Shown here in pieces: positions 20,093 to 30,698 of a DNA stretch of 60,953 nucleotides (the first letter of the stretch is position 1; each line of letters opens with the position of its first letter). The notes beneath the pieces were generated by a model. It was not told where the DNA came from. It made no database searches and was given only the letters and a program-made list of their open reading frames with translations. Position numbers and translations under genes: made by a program. Where the stretch lies: the NCBI GenBank assembly GCA_964518475.1, contig CAZFGR010000011.1, positions 1-60,953 on the forward strand, written 5' to 3'. The stretch comes from an uncultured Nitrososphaerota archaeon. Lineage in GTDB: Archaea; Asgardarchaeota; Njordarchaeia; Njordarchaeales; Njordarchaeaceae.

Positions 20093-21274
20093 TTATCTAG
20101 GAATCAGTTTCGATAGTCTCTTGAGGAGTTTTACCTTTTCAGAATTTCCTATTCTCAGATCTCTAATTATATCCTCTAAGAACCCGGCCACTTTCTCCAT
20201 TCTCTTAACATTTACGGGATAGGGAACCCCGTCTTTTCCACCCATTGCAAAGGTGTATCTTAGAGGATCTCTCCAACAAACTCTAGCGTCATAAATTAAT
20301 TCTGCAATCAGAGCAAGAGCTCGTAAAGTTCCTGGCCCAATACCTCGTATACTTATTAGTTCTTCATAATCTTTGGGCTGCAATTCATAAGCCTTCTCTA
20401 ATGCTTGCCAATTCACTTTCATTGGTAATATTCTGATGTTTACCTCACTTATACTTCTTGAAATATTTTCTCTCGCGCCACCATTAGAGAAATAAAGAGT
20501 TATGTCTCTGATTCCTAATGTAGCACGAGAAATCTTTTGTAAATCTCGTCTAATATTCTTGACCCCTTCCTTTACTAAATCTACTGATATTTTTTGCGCC
20601 TCAATACTGTCTTTAGAAGCTAGATTGAGGATAAACGGCAATTTAACACTACCAGATATACCAGAGTGGGGATCTACAACAAAGCTCTTTAATCCCTCTG
20701 AAATCCAGTGATAACGTCGTGCACTTTTCAACTCTACGCTCATACCTTGTTGCACAATTGCCCAAGTACCGTCTTTCGCAATAAACATTGCATGATGATA
20801 GATGCTATGATTATCTTGTACGAGAGCGTTATCGACCTTCGCCGCTAATCTACTCGCCCTTATTAGTTCGTTAACTCTAGAAGATGAGAAAGAGAAAATT
20901 TCTCCTATTCTAGTTATATCGGCAGGCGTATCTAGTGCTCGCTTACCTTTACCTCCAGCAACTAAAATTCCCATGTTAGGCTCCAGTATTTCCCTTAAAA
21001 CACCCGTCAAAACGGTTGTTGTACCCGATGAATTCCAATCATACCCAAGAACGTATGACAATGCTTGAAACCAAAGTGGATCAGAAAGACGTTTAAGCAA
21101 TTCTTTAGGGCCAAATTCCTCAATTATTATTTCTGTAATCGCTTTGCCCAGTTTCTTCATCCGTATTATTAGCCATTGAGGAGCCTTTCCACCATGAAGT
21201 GGTAAATCAAACGTCGCAACCCTTCGCATTTCTGCCATCATTTTTTTACCAATATTAATCATATATATTATCAC
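20093..21274 (-). CDS. DUF763 domain protein
   Basis: LPLHGGKAPQWL, RLSDPLWFQA..GYDWNSSGTTT, VQQGM, ARRYHW, GGKDGVPYPV. Confidence 0.92.
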   Translation of the reverse strand: MIIYMINIGKKMMAEMRRVATFDLPLHGGKAPQWLIIRMKKLGKAITEIIIEEFGPKELLKRLSDPLWFQALSYVLGYDWNSSGTTTVLTGVLREILEPNMGILVAGGKGKRALDTPADITRIGEIFSFSSSRVNELIRASRLAAKVDNALVQDNHSIYHHAMFIAKDGTWAIVQQGMSVELKSARRYHWISEGLKSFVVDPHSGISGSVKLPFILNLASKDSIEAQKISVDLVKEGVKNIRRDLQKISRATLGIRDITLYFSNGGARENISRSISEVNIRILPMKVNWQALEKAYELQPKDYEELISIRGIGPGTLRALALIAELIYDARVCWRDPLRYTFAMGGKDGVPYPVNVKRMEKVAGFLEDIIRDLRIGNSEKVKLLKRLSKLIPR

Positions 21275-21393
21275 AAGATGATTTTTTAGCTATTAAGGTA
21301 ACTGACTACTCATAAAAGTGATTCTGGATAAGGGTCTGCACCACGTCTTAAGGAGCCTCACCTAAGCCCCTGGATTACTAGGGTGATTTAGCG

Positions 21394-22029
21394 TTGTTCC
21401 TTGTAATTTTTGATGACACTTTAAGAAACCTAACACTAGCTAACTACAAAAGCAACTCCGCATTAATTGAAGAAATTTACCAAGACTTTAAGAAAATAAT
21501 TGAGAAGATTTATTCAGGAGAAGATCCTAATCTCCCAGCTAAGTTCGCCTCATATGTTTTTCTAGGAGAGGATTTCTGGGACTTTTCTTTGGAAACAAGA
21601 GTTGTGCCAGCTCTTTTCCAAATTATGGTTGACGAATTGGACCTTCCTCTATGGGTTTCCTGGTATGATCTAGAAATCGAGGAAGAACTCGTGCGCCTGA
21701 CGGTATTTTTCGCTGAAGCAAATAAGATAGAAGGCGTCCCTGGTCGCGTGCTAGTGGCACAAATAAGTGATGATGACCGCGAACTTACTATGAAGTTAAA
21801 CGATGAAGAGCTCACAATAACGACTCTAAAAGGAGGGATCTCATTACTCTTAACTATAAAAGAGAACATTCTGGGAAAGTCACCTAATATTGAGCATTTA
21901 AGGCGAAAATTTTTGAAACGCACAGAAAGCATCTTAAAGAAAATCATTAGTGAAGAAGAAACAGAAAACTTCAGAAAACTAGATTTAATCGATCTTAAGG
22001 AAATGCTTGAACATACGGAGGGCATCTAA
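21394..22029 (+). CDS. hypothetical protein, abutting argS
   Basis: 211-aa ORF, GGGTGA SD, TAA-ATG junction with argS. Confidence 0.7.
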   Translation: MFLVIFDDTLRNLTLANYKSNSALIEEIYQDFKKIIEKIYSGEDPNLPAKFASYVFLGEDFWDFSLETRVVPALFQIMVDELDLPLWVSWYDLEIEEELVRLTVFFAEANKIEGVPGRVLVAQISDDDRELTMKLNDEELTITTLKGGISLLLTIKENILGKSPNIEHLRRKFLKRTESILKKIISEEETENFRKLDLIDLKEMLEHTEGI

Positions 22030-24252
22030 ATGCTTAAAACCACCGACCCAATGAGGCTCATCAAGAACACGCTTACAGAGAGACTGAGAGAAGTAATAAT
22101 CAATAAAGGTCTGCGAATCCCAGAAGAAAAATTAAAAATAGAATACCCCCCCGAGCCATCCTTAGGAGATCTTTCATCAGCGATTAGTTTTGTACTAGCT
22201 AAGGAAGCTAGGATATCACCCATTAAGTTGGCTGAGGAAATAGTTTCAGAGCTCGCGAATAAAGATATTCCTTATATATCATCCATAGAGGCTGTGAGAG
22301 GATACATAAATTTCAGACTAGACTACCCGCGTTTTTCATCGCTCGTGATAAGGACAATACTTACTCAGAAGGAAAAATATGGTTACGACAACATTGGTAA
22401 TGGTAAAAAAGTTATAGTAGAGCATACCAGTGCGAACCCTATTCATCCGCTCCACATAGGCACGGCCCGCAATGCGGTACTAGGGGATGCTTTAGCAAGA
22501 ATCTTCCGCTTCCTCGGCTATAATGTGGAAACTAGATTCTATGTAAACGACATGGGACGACAGGTAGCGTACCTAGTTTATGGAGCATCAAAATTGCAAG
22601 AAAAACCACGTGGAAAAATTGACCACTGGTTTGGAGCAGTGTACTCCGTTACTTCTATAATTATCGAGAAAAGAAAAATAATGAGCCAACTACTAAAGGA
22701 CAAATTAGAACTGATCCACTTACTAGAGAGTTTATGTGAAAAAATCACTAACGAGATAGAACTAACAGAAAATCAGAAACTTCTGTTAAGAAAACTACGA
22801 AGCATTAAAAAGAAACTGGTAGAATTAGTCACCTCAGAATGGACCGATCAGTTGGAGAGTCTTAAAGTGATACTTGAAGAACTAGGGAGTGAAAAAAGTT
22901 TGCGTGAAGATGCTGAGGTTATTCGGAACAAGATCAGAGCCATTAAACGGGATATAAAAACGGCAGAAGATTGGTTATCGGCTTCTAAAATAGCATCAAT
23001 AAAGTGGCCAGAAATTTACGAAAAACTTTATGAGAAGATATCCATGGATAATGATCCCGAAGAGACCGTAAATACTCTTCTACAAGAATTCGAAAAGGGA
23101 AACGAAAACATTGAAAAGCTCTTCCGAAAAATCTGTGAGAGCGTATTAGAGGGCTTTAGACAAACTTTATCTAGAATCCGTATACATTTTGATGCATTCG
23201 ATTGGGAAAGCGATATTCTTCGCGGAAAATTAGTAGACGAAATAATCGAGAATCTCACCAAGAAGGGATGGGTATATAAGGATCAAACTGGCGCGTTATA
23301 TCTTAATCTCAGAAAAGCCATTATGGAAATGGACTATATAGGGAAGATATTTGGTTTAGAACCGGAGATTATTCAAAAAGCAATCATAGAGAATAAATTG
23401 GATAGTATGCTTCCTCCCGATCTCGTTCTCAAGAGAAGAGATGGAACAACGCTTTATACAACACGAGACATCGCATATGCTCTCTATAAACTCAGAGAAT
23501 TAAAGGCCGATCTAGTCCTTAACGTCATTGGAAAAGATCAAACCCTAGCTCAAAAACAATTATTAGCCGCATTAACCCTAGCTGGTTATAGAAACCTAAT
23601 CAATAAATATGTTCATGTCGCATACGAACTAGTAATTCTTCCTGGAGAAAAAATGTCTGCAAGGCGCGGTAAATATATCACTTTTGACGAAATTCTTGAT
23701 GAGGCTGAGGAAAGAGCTTATGAAGAAGTTAATAAGAGATCCCCTCAATTATCTGAAGAAGAAAAAACAAAAATAGCTAGAGCAGTGGGTATCGGAGCTG
23801 TTAAATACGCACTTCTATCTGTTGCTCCCGATAAAACAATCACATTCGATTGGACCCGTGTATTAGACTTCGAAAGAAACAGTGGACCCTTTTTGCAATA
23901 CTCGTACGCACGCGCTACGTCTATAATGAGGAAAAATAATTGGCAGATTCCATCAGTGGATGCTGTAGATTTTTCATATCTCAAAGAGCCAGTAGAGATA
24001 GAACTTATAAAACATCTCGCGATGTTCCCAGAAACAGTCCGGTACGCCGCTCAGCAAATGAGACCAGATATCATAGCTGAGTACGCTAATAAAGCTTGCT
24101 TAATATTCAATAGCTTCTATCAACAATACCCAGTGTTAAAAGCTGAGACAGGAGAACTAAAAAAGGCCCGTCTCTTATTAGTAGAGGCTTTCCGAATAAC
24201 CATTAGAAATGCATTAAATCTTCTCGGAATAGAACCATTAGAAAGAATGTAA
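22030..24252 (+). CDS. argS: arginyl-tRNA synthetase
   Basis: VEHTSANPIHPLHIGTARN, YVNDMGRQ, LYTTRDIAY, KMSARRG, GPFLQYSYARA, C-terminal ERM. Confidence 0.97.
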   Translation: MLKTTDPMRLIKNTLTERLREVIINKGLRIPEEKLKIEYPPEPSLGDLSSAISFVLAKEARISPIKLAEEIVSELANKDIPYISSIEAVRGYINFRLDYPRFSSLVIRTILTQKEKYGYDNIGNGKKVIVEHTSANPIHPLHIGTARNAVLGDALARIFRFLGYNVETRFYVNDMGRQVAYLVYGASKLQEKPRGKIDHWFGAVYSVTSIIIEKRKIMSQLLKDKLELIHLLESLCEKITNEIELTENQKLLLRKLRSIKKKLVELVTSEWTDQLESLKVILEELGSEKSLREDAEVIRNKIRAIKRDIKTAEDWLSASKIASIKWPEIYEKLYEKISMDNDPEETVNTLLQEFEKGNENIEKLFRKICESVLEGFRQTLSRIRIHFDAFDWESDILRGKLVDEIIENLTKKGWVYKDQTGALYLNLRKAIMEMDYIGKIFGLEPEIIQKAIIENKLDSMLPPDLVLKRRDGTTLYTTRDIAYALYKLRELKADLVLNVIGKDQTLAQKQLLAALTLAGYRNLINKYVHVAYELVILPGEKMSARRGKYITFDEILDEAEERAYEEVNKRSPQLSEEEKTKIARAVGIGAVKYALLSVAPDKTITFDWTRVLDFERNSGPFLQYSYARATSIMRKNNWQIPSVDAVDFSYLKEPVEIELIKHLAMFPETVRYAAQQMRPDIIAEYANKACLIFNSFYQQYPVLKAETGELKKARLLLVEAFRITIRNALNLLGIEPLERM

Positions 24253-24359
24253 TCCGATTCTTTACTCAGAAATATCTTTTTCACAACAAACTTTATTACT
24301 CATGAGATACGTCTATGTAGGTATTTAACACCCTATTAGTTATTACTGCGCGATGAAAT

Positions 24360-25460
24360 ATGGAACCCCTACCTGATGGATTCAAGTTAGCTAAGTGGTG
24401 GATTTTAAGAGAAGATGGCGCTATAAAATGCGAATTATGTCCACGAGAATGCGTTATCTCAAAAGATGGTTTGCCAGGAGCATGCGGTGTTAGGGTAAGA
24501 ATAGGGGGTAAGTTCTACCTTGCTGTCTATGGTAAAACCTCAGGCTGGGCTTTAGATCCAATAGAAAAGAAACCTCTCTTCCATTTTTATCCGGGCAGTT
24601 GCGCTTTTAGTGTCGGATCGATTGGCTGCAACTTCTTCTGCAGGTTTTGCCAAAATTGGGTGATCTCTCAGGCTCGGATACAACCAAAAAATCTCAGATT
24701 TCCACTCTCGCTCGAAGATCTACCACCTGAAAGAATCGTAGAGCTTGCTAAGAGAAATAACTGTTCAGTAATTGCTTATACCTACAATGAGCCAATAGTC
24801 TGGTATGAGTATATGCTAGATACGGCAAAACTCGCTCGACAAAGAGGATTACATAATGCAATGGTTACGAACGGGTATATAAATGAGGATCCCCTAAAAG
24901 AGCTAGTAGAGTATCTAGACGCTGCTAACGTTGATTTAAAAGGAGATAAAAACTTCTATTCTAAACTATCAGGGGCACCAAAAGCACCCGAGGCTGTTAT
25001 GAGAACGATAGAGATCCTTGTAGAAAATGGTGTTCATACAGAAATAACGATTCTAATAATACCTGGATGGAATGATAAAGAAGAGTTCCTGAGGAGAATA
25101 GCTAGATGGGTAATGGATAATTTTGGCCCAGAAAAAGTTCCTGTACATGTAACTAGATTTTACCCCAACTATATGATGAGGTCCACACCACCTACACCAG
25201 TAAGAACAATAGAAAAAGCGCGAGAAATATTCCTAAGCGAAGGTGTGAAGTATGTATATGTAGGGAATATTCCAGGGCACGCTGGTGAACATACTTACTG
25301 CCCTAACTGCGGAAGAGCCGTTATAAAAAGAGACGGTTTCCTAATAACTGATTGGAAACTAACAGAAGATAATAAATGCATTTTCTGCGGCTACAAAATA
25401 AATATTGTTGGGAATTATAAGCCAGAAGACGGTTGGATGCGTTTTCACTGGTTTTTCTAG
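24360..25460 (+). CDS. amrS: AmmeMemoRadiSam system radical SAM enzyme
   Basis: CELCPREC, DPIEKKPLFHFYPG, GCNFFCRFCQNW, AYTYNEP, CPNCG. Confidence 0.92.
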   Translation: MEPLPDGFKLAKWWILREDGAIKCELCPRECVISKDGLPGACGVRVRIGGKFYLAVYGKTSGWALDPIEKKPLFHFYPGSCAFSVGSIGCNFFCRFCQNWVISQARIQPKNLRFPLSLEDLPPERIVELAKRNNCSVIAYTYNEPIVWYEYMLDTAKLARQRGLHNAMVTNGYINEDPLKELVEYLDAANVDLKGDKNFYSKLSGAPKAPEAVMRTIEILVENGVHTEITILIIPGWNDKEEFLRRIARWVMDNFGPEKVPVHVTRFYPNYMMRSTPPTPVRTIEKAREIFLSEGVKYVYVGNIPGHAGEHTYCPNCGRAVIKRDGFLITDWKLTEDNKCIFCGYKINIVGNYKPEDGWMRFHWFF

Positions 25461-25463
25461 AAA

Positions 25464-25808
25464 CTATCGTACTCGCGTGCCAGGAGGAACATCCTCAATA
25501 ACTGTTAGTAGAACGGGTTTATTAGGAGCATCAGCAGCTAACAACATTCCTTGAGATTCTAAGCCCCTAATTCTTTTTGGCTGAAGATTTGCCACTACAA
25601 TAATATTTTTTCCGACAAGCTCTTCGGGTGAGTACCAGGGAGCGATACCAGCGATAATTTGCCTCTTTTCATTTCCTAAATCAACAATTAATCTAAGTAA
25701 TTTTTCAGTACCAGGAACTCTTTCCGCAGAAATAACCTTAGCAACCCGCAGATCTATTTTCATAAATTCATCAAAACTTATCAGTTCTTTACTCATATTC
25801 CTCACCAA
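25464..25808 (-). CDS. stand-alone tRNA-binding OB-fold (MetRS C-terminal/Trbp111/CsaA family)
   Basis: DLRVAKV, KLL, RQIIAGIA, NLQPKRIRGLESQGMLLAA. Confidence 0.92.
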   Translation of the reverse strand: MVRNMSKELISFDEFMKIDLRVAKVISAERVPGTEKLLRLIVDLGNEKRQIIAGIAPWYSPEELVGKNIIVVANLQPKRIRGLESQGMLLAADAPNKPVLLTVIEDVPPGTRVR

Positions 25809-25920
25809 TCATCGCTAAACCTTTCACTTCTTAACCAAATTTAAGAAATAAAATAGTAAAGTTCAAATAAATAGTGTTTTACTACAATTATTTGAAGCGA
25901 ATCTGAAAAGGGTACTGAGA

Positions 25921-26640
25921 GTGAATGATGATATTAGAAGATTACTTGAGAAAATATTAGCACTACTAGAGAGTCTAAGCAGTGAAATAAGAGATCTCAA
26001 AAAACAATTAAGCAAAGAAACGGAGGCTAAAGAGAAAAGAATCATTGATTTATCTCACGACTTCTCACATAGAATAGTGGAGATTGTGAATAGAGAACTC
26101 TCTAAAGTCTTTAGTCAAATAGGTAAGACATTTGATGATATTTTTGAGAAAAGGGTAATTATTTACCCCTTTAGCAAGAAAGGACCAATAATTATTAGAC
26201 TCTCCACATTTCTACAGGACATATTCTCAAAAAAAGACTCATTTACGGATATTGATGAAGTAATTAGGGAAGCTGAGGAAAAAATTGAAAAAAGCATTAC
26301 TAGTGAACACGCAACAAGAGAAGATTTTATTGAATTAATAAAACAGATAGATCCTTCGGAACTTGCGGATACCCTCAGTGTTCTCTCTAATCCAGAGAGG
26401 ATAAGAATTCTCTTATTATTGATTGAGCAGGATCGTTATTTTAGCGAATTTGAAGATTTGATGAGAATTGGACCTAGTTCTCTGCGCCATCACTTATCTA
26501 AACTGCTAGCTGCTGGCTTGATACAGCAGGAAAGATCACGTGGAAAATACTCTATAACGACTCGCGGGATTGCAGCTCTGTTGCTTCTAGCGTACTTGTA
26601 TAAGAAGATACTCCGCGGAGGGTTAAGTGAAAATGATTGA
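25921..26640 (+). CDS. ArsR-type winged-HTH regulator with N-terminal coiled coil
   Basis: LSVLSNPERIRIL...SSLRHHLSKLLAAGLI...GKYSIT. Confidence 0.8.
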   Translation: MNDDIRRLLEKILALLESLSSEIRDLKKQLSKETEAKEKRIIDLSHDFSHRIVEIVNRELSKVFSQIGKTFDDIFEKRVIIYPFSKKGPIIIRLSTFLQDIFSKKDSFTDIDEVIREAEEKIEKSITSEHATREDFIELIKQIDPSELADTLSVLSNPERIRILLLLIEQDRYFSEFEDLMRIGPSSLRHHLSKLLAAGLIQQERSRGKYSITTRGIAALLLLAYLYKKILRGGLSEND

Positions 26641-28279
26641 GATCTTCTCTACTCTCGTTTACTCGCCTCTCTCCTTTCTTTTAATAGTCTCACTAATTGT
26701 AATAATTCCCGTAATAGCGGGTTATAAAGAAGTGATGAAGTATTTTGGGATAGTAAGTGGTTTTGCTCTTCTCTTCGATTCCCTTCTAATTACTTTGTAC
26801 CCTGTTTTAAAGGATTCTTATATCCAAACATTTGCCCAGGAACTCTTCCCTTATCTCTTATCGCTATTTATTGTGAGTATTTCGGTTGCTACGCGTGAGC
26901 ATGTCTTTGAAAACAGGATAAATGATATAGGAGTAGTTTTTAAAGCTCAAGCGCTTTCTCTCATTGTTTTATGGGGGCTAATAAGGTTATCCGTGGTCGA
27001 CTCACTAACACTTTCTCAGCTTGATCAGCTAGTTTTTCTCGCGATAATCTCTTACATAATTGGTAATGCTTTAGTAATGGTTTCTGGTTTTTCATTAAGT
27101 GAAGATTTCAAAGGATTTGTGATGGGATTATTCATAGCTAGTCTGCTAGGAGTCGTTATTGGTCACGCCCTTGAAGCTCTAAGCCTCACTAGTAGTGTTT
27201 GGTGGAAATATCAGCTCTTCCTAAACAGATTCTTTGTCATTACATCGATCTTAGCTATTTTTGGATTTTTGTTGCCATTCATACCTATGAATCCTAGATC
27301 CCGAGTCAGTGTTTTTGGAGATCTGAGAATCGATAAGATGTTCATCCCCGCTAGCTCTTTAGATATTGCAATAGGAAAGCACATCTTGGCCAAGATTCCT
27401 CAGGGTACGTACATTTTATTGTTAAAGAGATGTATGGGCGGGGGTAAAGGACTAGCGTTCCTAGGGGAAATCCAGCTAACTATAAGAATCAAATACAAGG
27501 TTTTTGATTTCAAAACAAAAAGTCTTCTCCTTTTCTCTTACTTGACAAAAGATCTTCAACACAGGTTAATACCATTAGGCATCTATGAGGTATCAAGAAG
27601 CGAAATGGAGTTGTATGGAATTACCGAGAGAGAGATAAAAAGTGTCTTAGAACAATTAATAACTTATGCTAATGAGAAACTCTGTGAAGAATATTCAGTA
27701 ATAAAACTTCCTTTTACAGAGATAGTAAAAGGATCGTACTTCAGAATTATCAGAGTAGGTCCGTTATCTATAATGAAGTCTCCAATACTCAAACTGATCA
27801 AACTAGGCCCTATTCAAATAATCAAAGATGCATCAGGGAAAAGGACTGATGAGATTTACGGAATTTTCATAGCCGATAATAAGATATGCATGTTTCATGC
27901 TTTCGGAGAGTTCCTAAGAGTTGATTTACAGGATTTCTTTTTCGAACAATCACCTTCAAGTTTCAGATTAATTAAGGGCAATCTAGAAGTCTTTATAGAT
28001 ACAAGAGCACCTCTAAAAGAACTGCGCGTTGAAGACCTAAGAGTGAGAATTACTGAAAATAAGGCGTCCCTTGAAGTAAATAGTAAGAAAATTATTGTAG
28101 ATAAAACTGGAAACATAAGAGCTGTTATACTGAATAACACGTTTGAAAAATTCGATAAAAAGCTAGCTAATCAGATCATTAATAGGTTAGAAAATCTCAT
28201 AGATAAAGCATTGTCAAAAATAACAAAAGTTGATGAGGTACTTAGCGATATCAAACATATCTTAAACTTTGGAAAGTAA
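26627..28279 (+). CDS. membrane protein (about 7 TM) with large beta-rich C-terminal domain
   Basis: hydrophobic N-terminal ~220 aa; overlaps ArsR gene. Confidence 0.7.
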   Translation: MKMIEIFSTLVYSPLSFLLIVSLIVIIPVIAGYKEVMKYFGIVSGFALLFDSLLITLYPVLKDSYIQTFAQELFPYLLSLFIVSISVATREHVFENRINDIGVVFKAQALSLIVLWGLIRLSVVDSLTLSQLDQLVFLAIISYIIGNALVMVSGFSLSEDFKGFVMGLFIASLLGVVIGHALEALSLTSSVWWKYQLFLNRFFVITSILAIFGFLLPFIPMNPRSRVSVFGDLRIDKMFIPASSLDIAIGKHILAKIPQGTYILLLKRCMGGGKGLAFLGEIQLTIRIKYKVFDFKTKSLLLFSYLTKDLQHRLIPLGIYEVSRSEMELYGITEREIKSVLEQLITYANEKLCEEYSVIKLPFTEIVKGSYFRIIRVGPLSIMKSPILKLIKLGPIQIIKDASGKRTDEIYGIFIADNKICMFHAFGEFLRVDLQDFFFEQSPSSFRLIKGNLEVFIDTRAPLKELRVEDLRVRITENKASLEVNSKKIIVDKTGNIRAVILNNTFEKFDKKLANQIINRLENLIDKALSKITKVDEVLSDIKHILNFGK

Positions 28280-28355
28280 TTCTTCAATATTTCTCTGATT
28301 ATTATACCTAGTGAATCTAATTTACAGACTATGTTTCTCGTGAACTGAAAGAAGA

Positions 28356-29675
28356 GTGTGTAAAGTCTTGCAAAGTAGATTCTTTAATCGAAAGGAATAC
28401 ATATTGCAGATCGCAAAGATAGTAAAGGACAATGGAATATGCAAAATATATGGGCCAGTGGGAATTGGAAAAACAACTATACTCAGGATTTACTCAAGAG
28501 AATTAATGGCGGCGAGGAAAATATTACCCATTCTGTTTAAAGCCGCTCCCACGGGAGATAATATAAGGAGATTAATCAACACATTGGTAAAAACGGCGAA
28601 AAAAATAAGTGATATCGAATTACAGGACTTGTACCTGGAAAGCGAAGACTACAGAGATCTTGAGAAAATCTTAGCAACCATAAGGAAGAAATATGGCGGA
28701 AGAAGAATTATTCTTCTAGTAGATGATGCCCACTATTTACTTAAGGAAGAATTATCCAATATTTTGAAAATTCTGAAAACGAGAAAAATTAGCGGTGTAT
28801 TAGCTAGTATCAAGCCTCTAGGCAATAGTAGAGAGAAAAATTTCGTAGTTATTAAGCCTTTAAGCTTTGATGAATTCAATTCATTCGCTCAAATGATCTT
28901 AAAGATAGTGAATCCAGACACTATAGAACATCTATACCACTTAACTAACGGATACCCCTTGTATGCTGTTATGTTTTCAAAATTATTCCTAAAAAATAAT
29001 CAGGAGCCCCTCTTGAAACTCTCTCTAAACACTCTGAGGAAAAATTTCAGTAAGCTCTTCTCTAGCAGTTTCCTTAGAATCATTGGAGAAGGCATCTTTA
29101 ACACGTACTCGTATGTGTACGGGAGAGAATTCATCAAGGCTCTAATTACAAAACCTCTTAGCAAACACGAACAAAAAATTGTTCATGATCTTAGAAAGAT
29201 AGGATTATTGAAGATAAGGAATGGTGATAACCTAGAGATTACGGATCCTGTCTTGAAAATTTTGCTCAGAGAATATGTCGAGGAAAAAACAGAGTCGCTT
29301 AATAACAGGATAATACGAAAACACGAAGAGAACGATACTCAGCTAGTTTTTCTTCTTAAAAAGGCTCTAAAAAACGCGAATATCACGATAATTGATAATA
29401 CAGCGATAAGGGTTTTTAATAGAGAATACTTGATAGAGATCCAAAAAAGCTTCATGAAAGAGAGAATAGATAACTTCGTAAGAACGCTCAGAATTCTCAA
29501 ACCTACTAACGCTTTCCTAGTACTAATTACGTCTGATGGTCAATTAAATAGAGATCTCCTGAAGGATATACCTAGCTATGTCAAGGTTTTTACTACTAGG
29601 AAGGATGATTTAGAGAGGACTATAGGTGTTGTGATAAAAGAAGTTAAGAGTTTAAAGACTCAACAAAATCCTTAA
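28356..29675 (+). CDS. archaeal (STAND-like/MJ-type) ATPase
   Basis: FFNRKE, GPVGIGKTT, ILLVDDAH, LTNGYP (GxP) motif. Confidence 0.75.
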   Translation: MCKVLQSRFFNRKEYILQIAKIVKDNGICKIYGPVGIGKTTILRIYSRELMAARKILPILFKAAPTGDNIRRLINTLVKTAKKISDIELQDLYLESEDYRDLEKILATIRKKYGGRRIILLVDDAHYLLKEELSNILKILKTRKISGVLASIKPLGNSREKNFVVIKPLSFDEFNSFAQMILKIVNPDTIEHLYHLTNGYPLYAVMFSKLFLKNNQEPLLKLSLNTLRKNFSKLFSSSFLRIIGEGIFNTYSYVYGREFIKALITKPLSKHEQKIVHDLRKIGLLKIRNGDNLEITDPVLKILLREYVEEKTESLNNRIIRKHEENDTQLVFLLKKALKNANITIIDNTAIRVFNREYLIEIQKSFMKERIDNFVRTLRILKPTNAFLVLITSDGQLNRDLLKDIPSYVKVFTTRKDDLERTIGVVIKEVKSLKTQQNP

Positions 29676-29895
29676 TAATATTAAGTATCTCATGCTTTTC
29701 CTCTATGCTGAGATTCTTTTTACTAAAGATCAATTTCTTTATAACAAACTTCTTCCTTTTCTCTGACCAATCAACTTCAAAACTAGCTACTACTTCACCA
29801 TCACTCACCAACTCGTTAATATCGTCTGATGAATCGCTAATTGCTACTACTTCGTACCATAGCCCTTCTCTCAATCCTCGAATAGTATATTTCAA
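29644..29895 (-). CDS. small hypothetical protein
   Basis: 83 aa, AGGTGA SD before TTG. Confidence 0.6.
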   Translation of the reverse strand: MKYTIRGLREGLWYEVVAISDSSDDINELVSDGEVVASFEVDWSEKRKKFVIKKLIFSKKNLSIEEKHEILNIIKDFVESLNS

Positions 29896-30103
29896 AAATA
29901 TTCACCTAAGCCAAATTTTCATAGAGAAAGCATAAGTATAAGATATGATATTCTCTAAAAGTGTTTACGTCTATATGCTATAAAAATACCGTAAAGCTCT
30001 CAAATGATCGCACCTAAGGAACGAGTATCGTTTTTAGAAAGAAATAAGGGTTAAAACCCCAGAGGATCTTAGAAGCTTCCGGCACTAAAATGAGAGGAGG
30101 CGG

Positions 30104-30538
30104 TCAAAGTTGAATAAGTGGTATGTGGAATAGAGCTTGTGTTAAGTAGTTTAGAATTACACTATGAAAAACATTGCTATAAGAGAAATTAATATCGCAT
30201 GATTCCAACTTATGGCCCGCTCGCCTCTAGGTTTCAATAGATATCTGACAAGATAAATTAAAGCTGTAAATGCAAAAATACGGCGCAGCATCGTCCAGGT
30301 AGAATATGCTGACTATTGCTCGAATTATAGGTAGTAAAAAGATAGCTAAGACAGCGATGATAAACAAACTAGCAAGATAGGATGAAGATAGACGCTTTCG
30401 ACCAGTAATTATTAGAGCCGAAATGTAAAGAACTGCCATAACTAAAAGTATCTCAACTATTAGAAAAATAATCTGTTCAAATGTCGTAGATATGACTCTC
30501 CAAATCTCTAAAATACTTTTTAGTTTGTAAGCATGCAT
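30104..30538 (-). pseudogene. small membrane protein gene with two compensating frameshifts (or sequencing errors)
   Basis: Hydrophobic reading continues in shifted frame after T-run at 30274-30278 (YFAFTALIYLVRYLL...ISWNHAILISLIAMFFIV) and again near 30160 (ILNYLTQALFHIPLIQL*). Confidence 0.6.
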
Positions 30539-30698
30539 AATAACATGAGCATGAAGTTAAAAAACACTATGAAAGTTCTCACACTTAAAGTCAAAAACGA
30601 TTTATAAGCTATTTTTTAGTTGTGGAAAAAGATCTTTATTAGAAACTATAGAGTGTAGTGAATAACTTACCTTTTGTCATCCAATTGCTTTTCGTTGC

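Noticed and set aside
21278-21392. C/D-like words and small hairpin upstream of ORF 21394
   Set aside because: Boxes are poor and the region is explained as a divergent promoter plus SD
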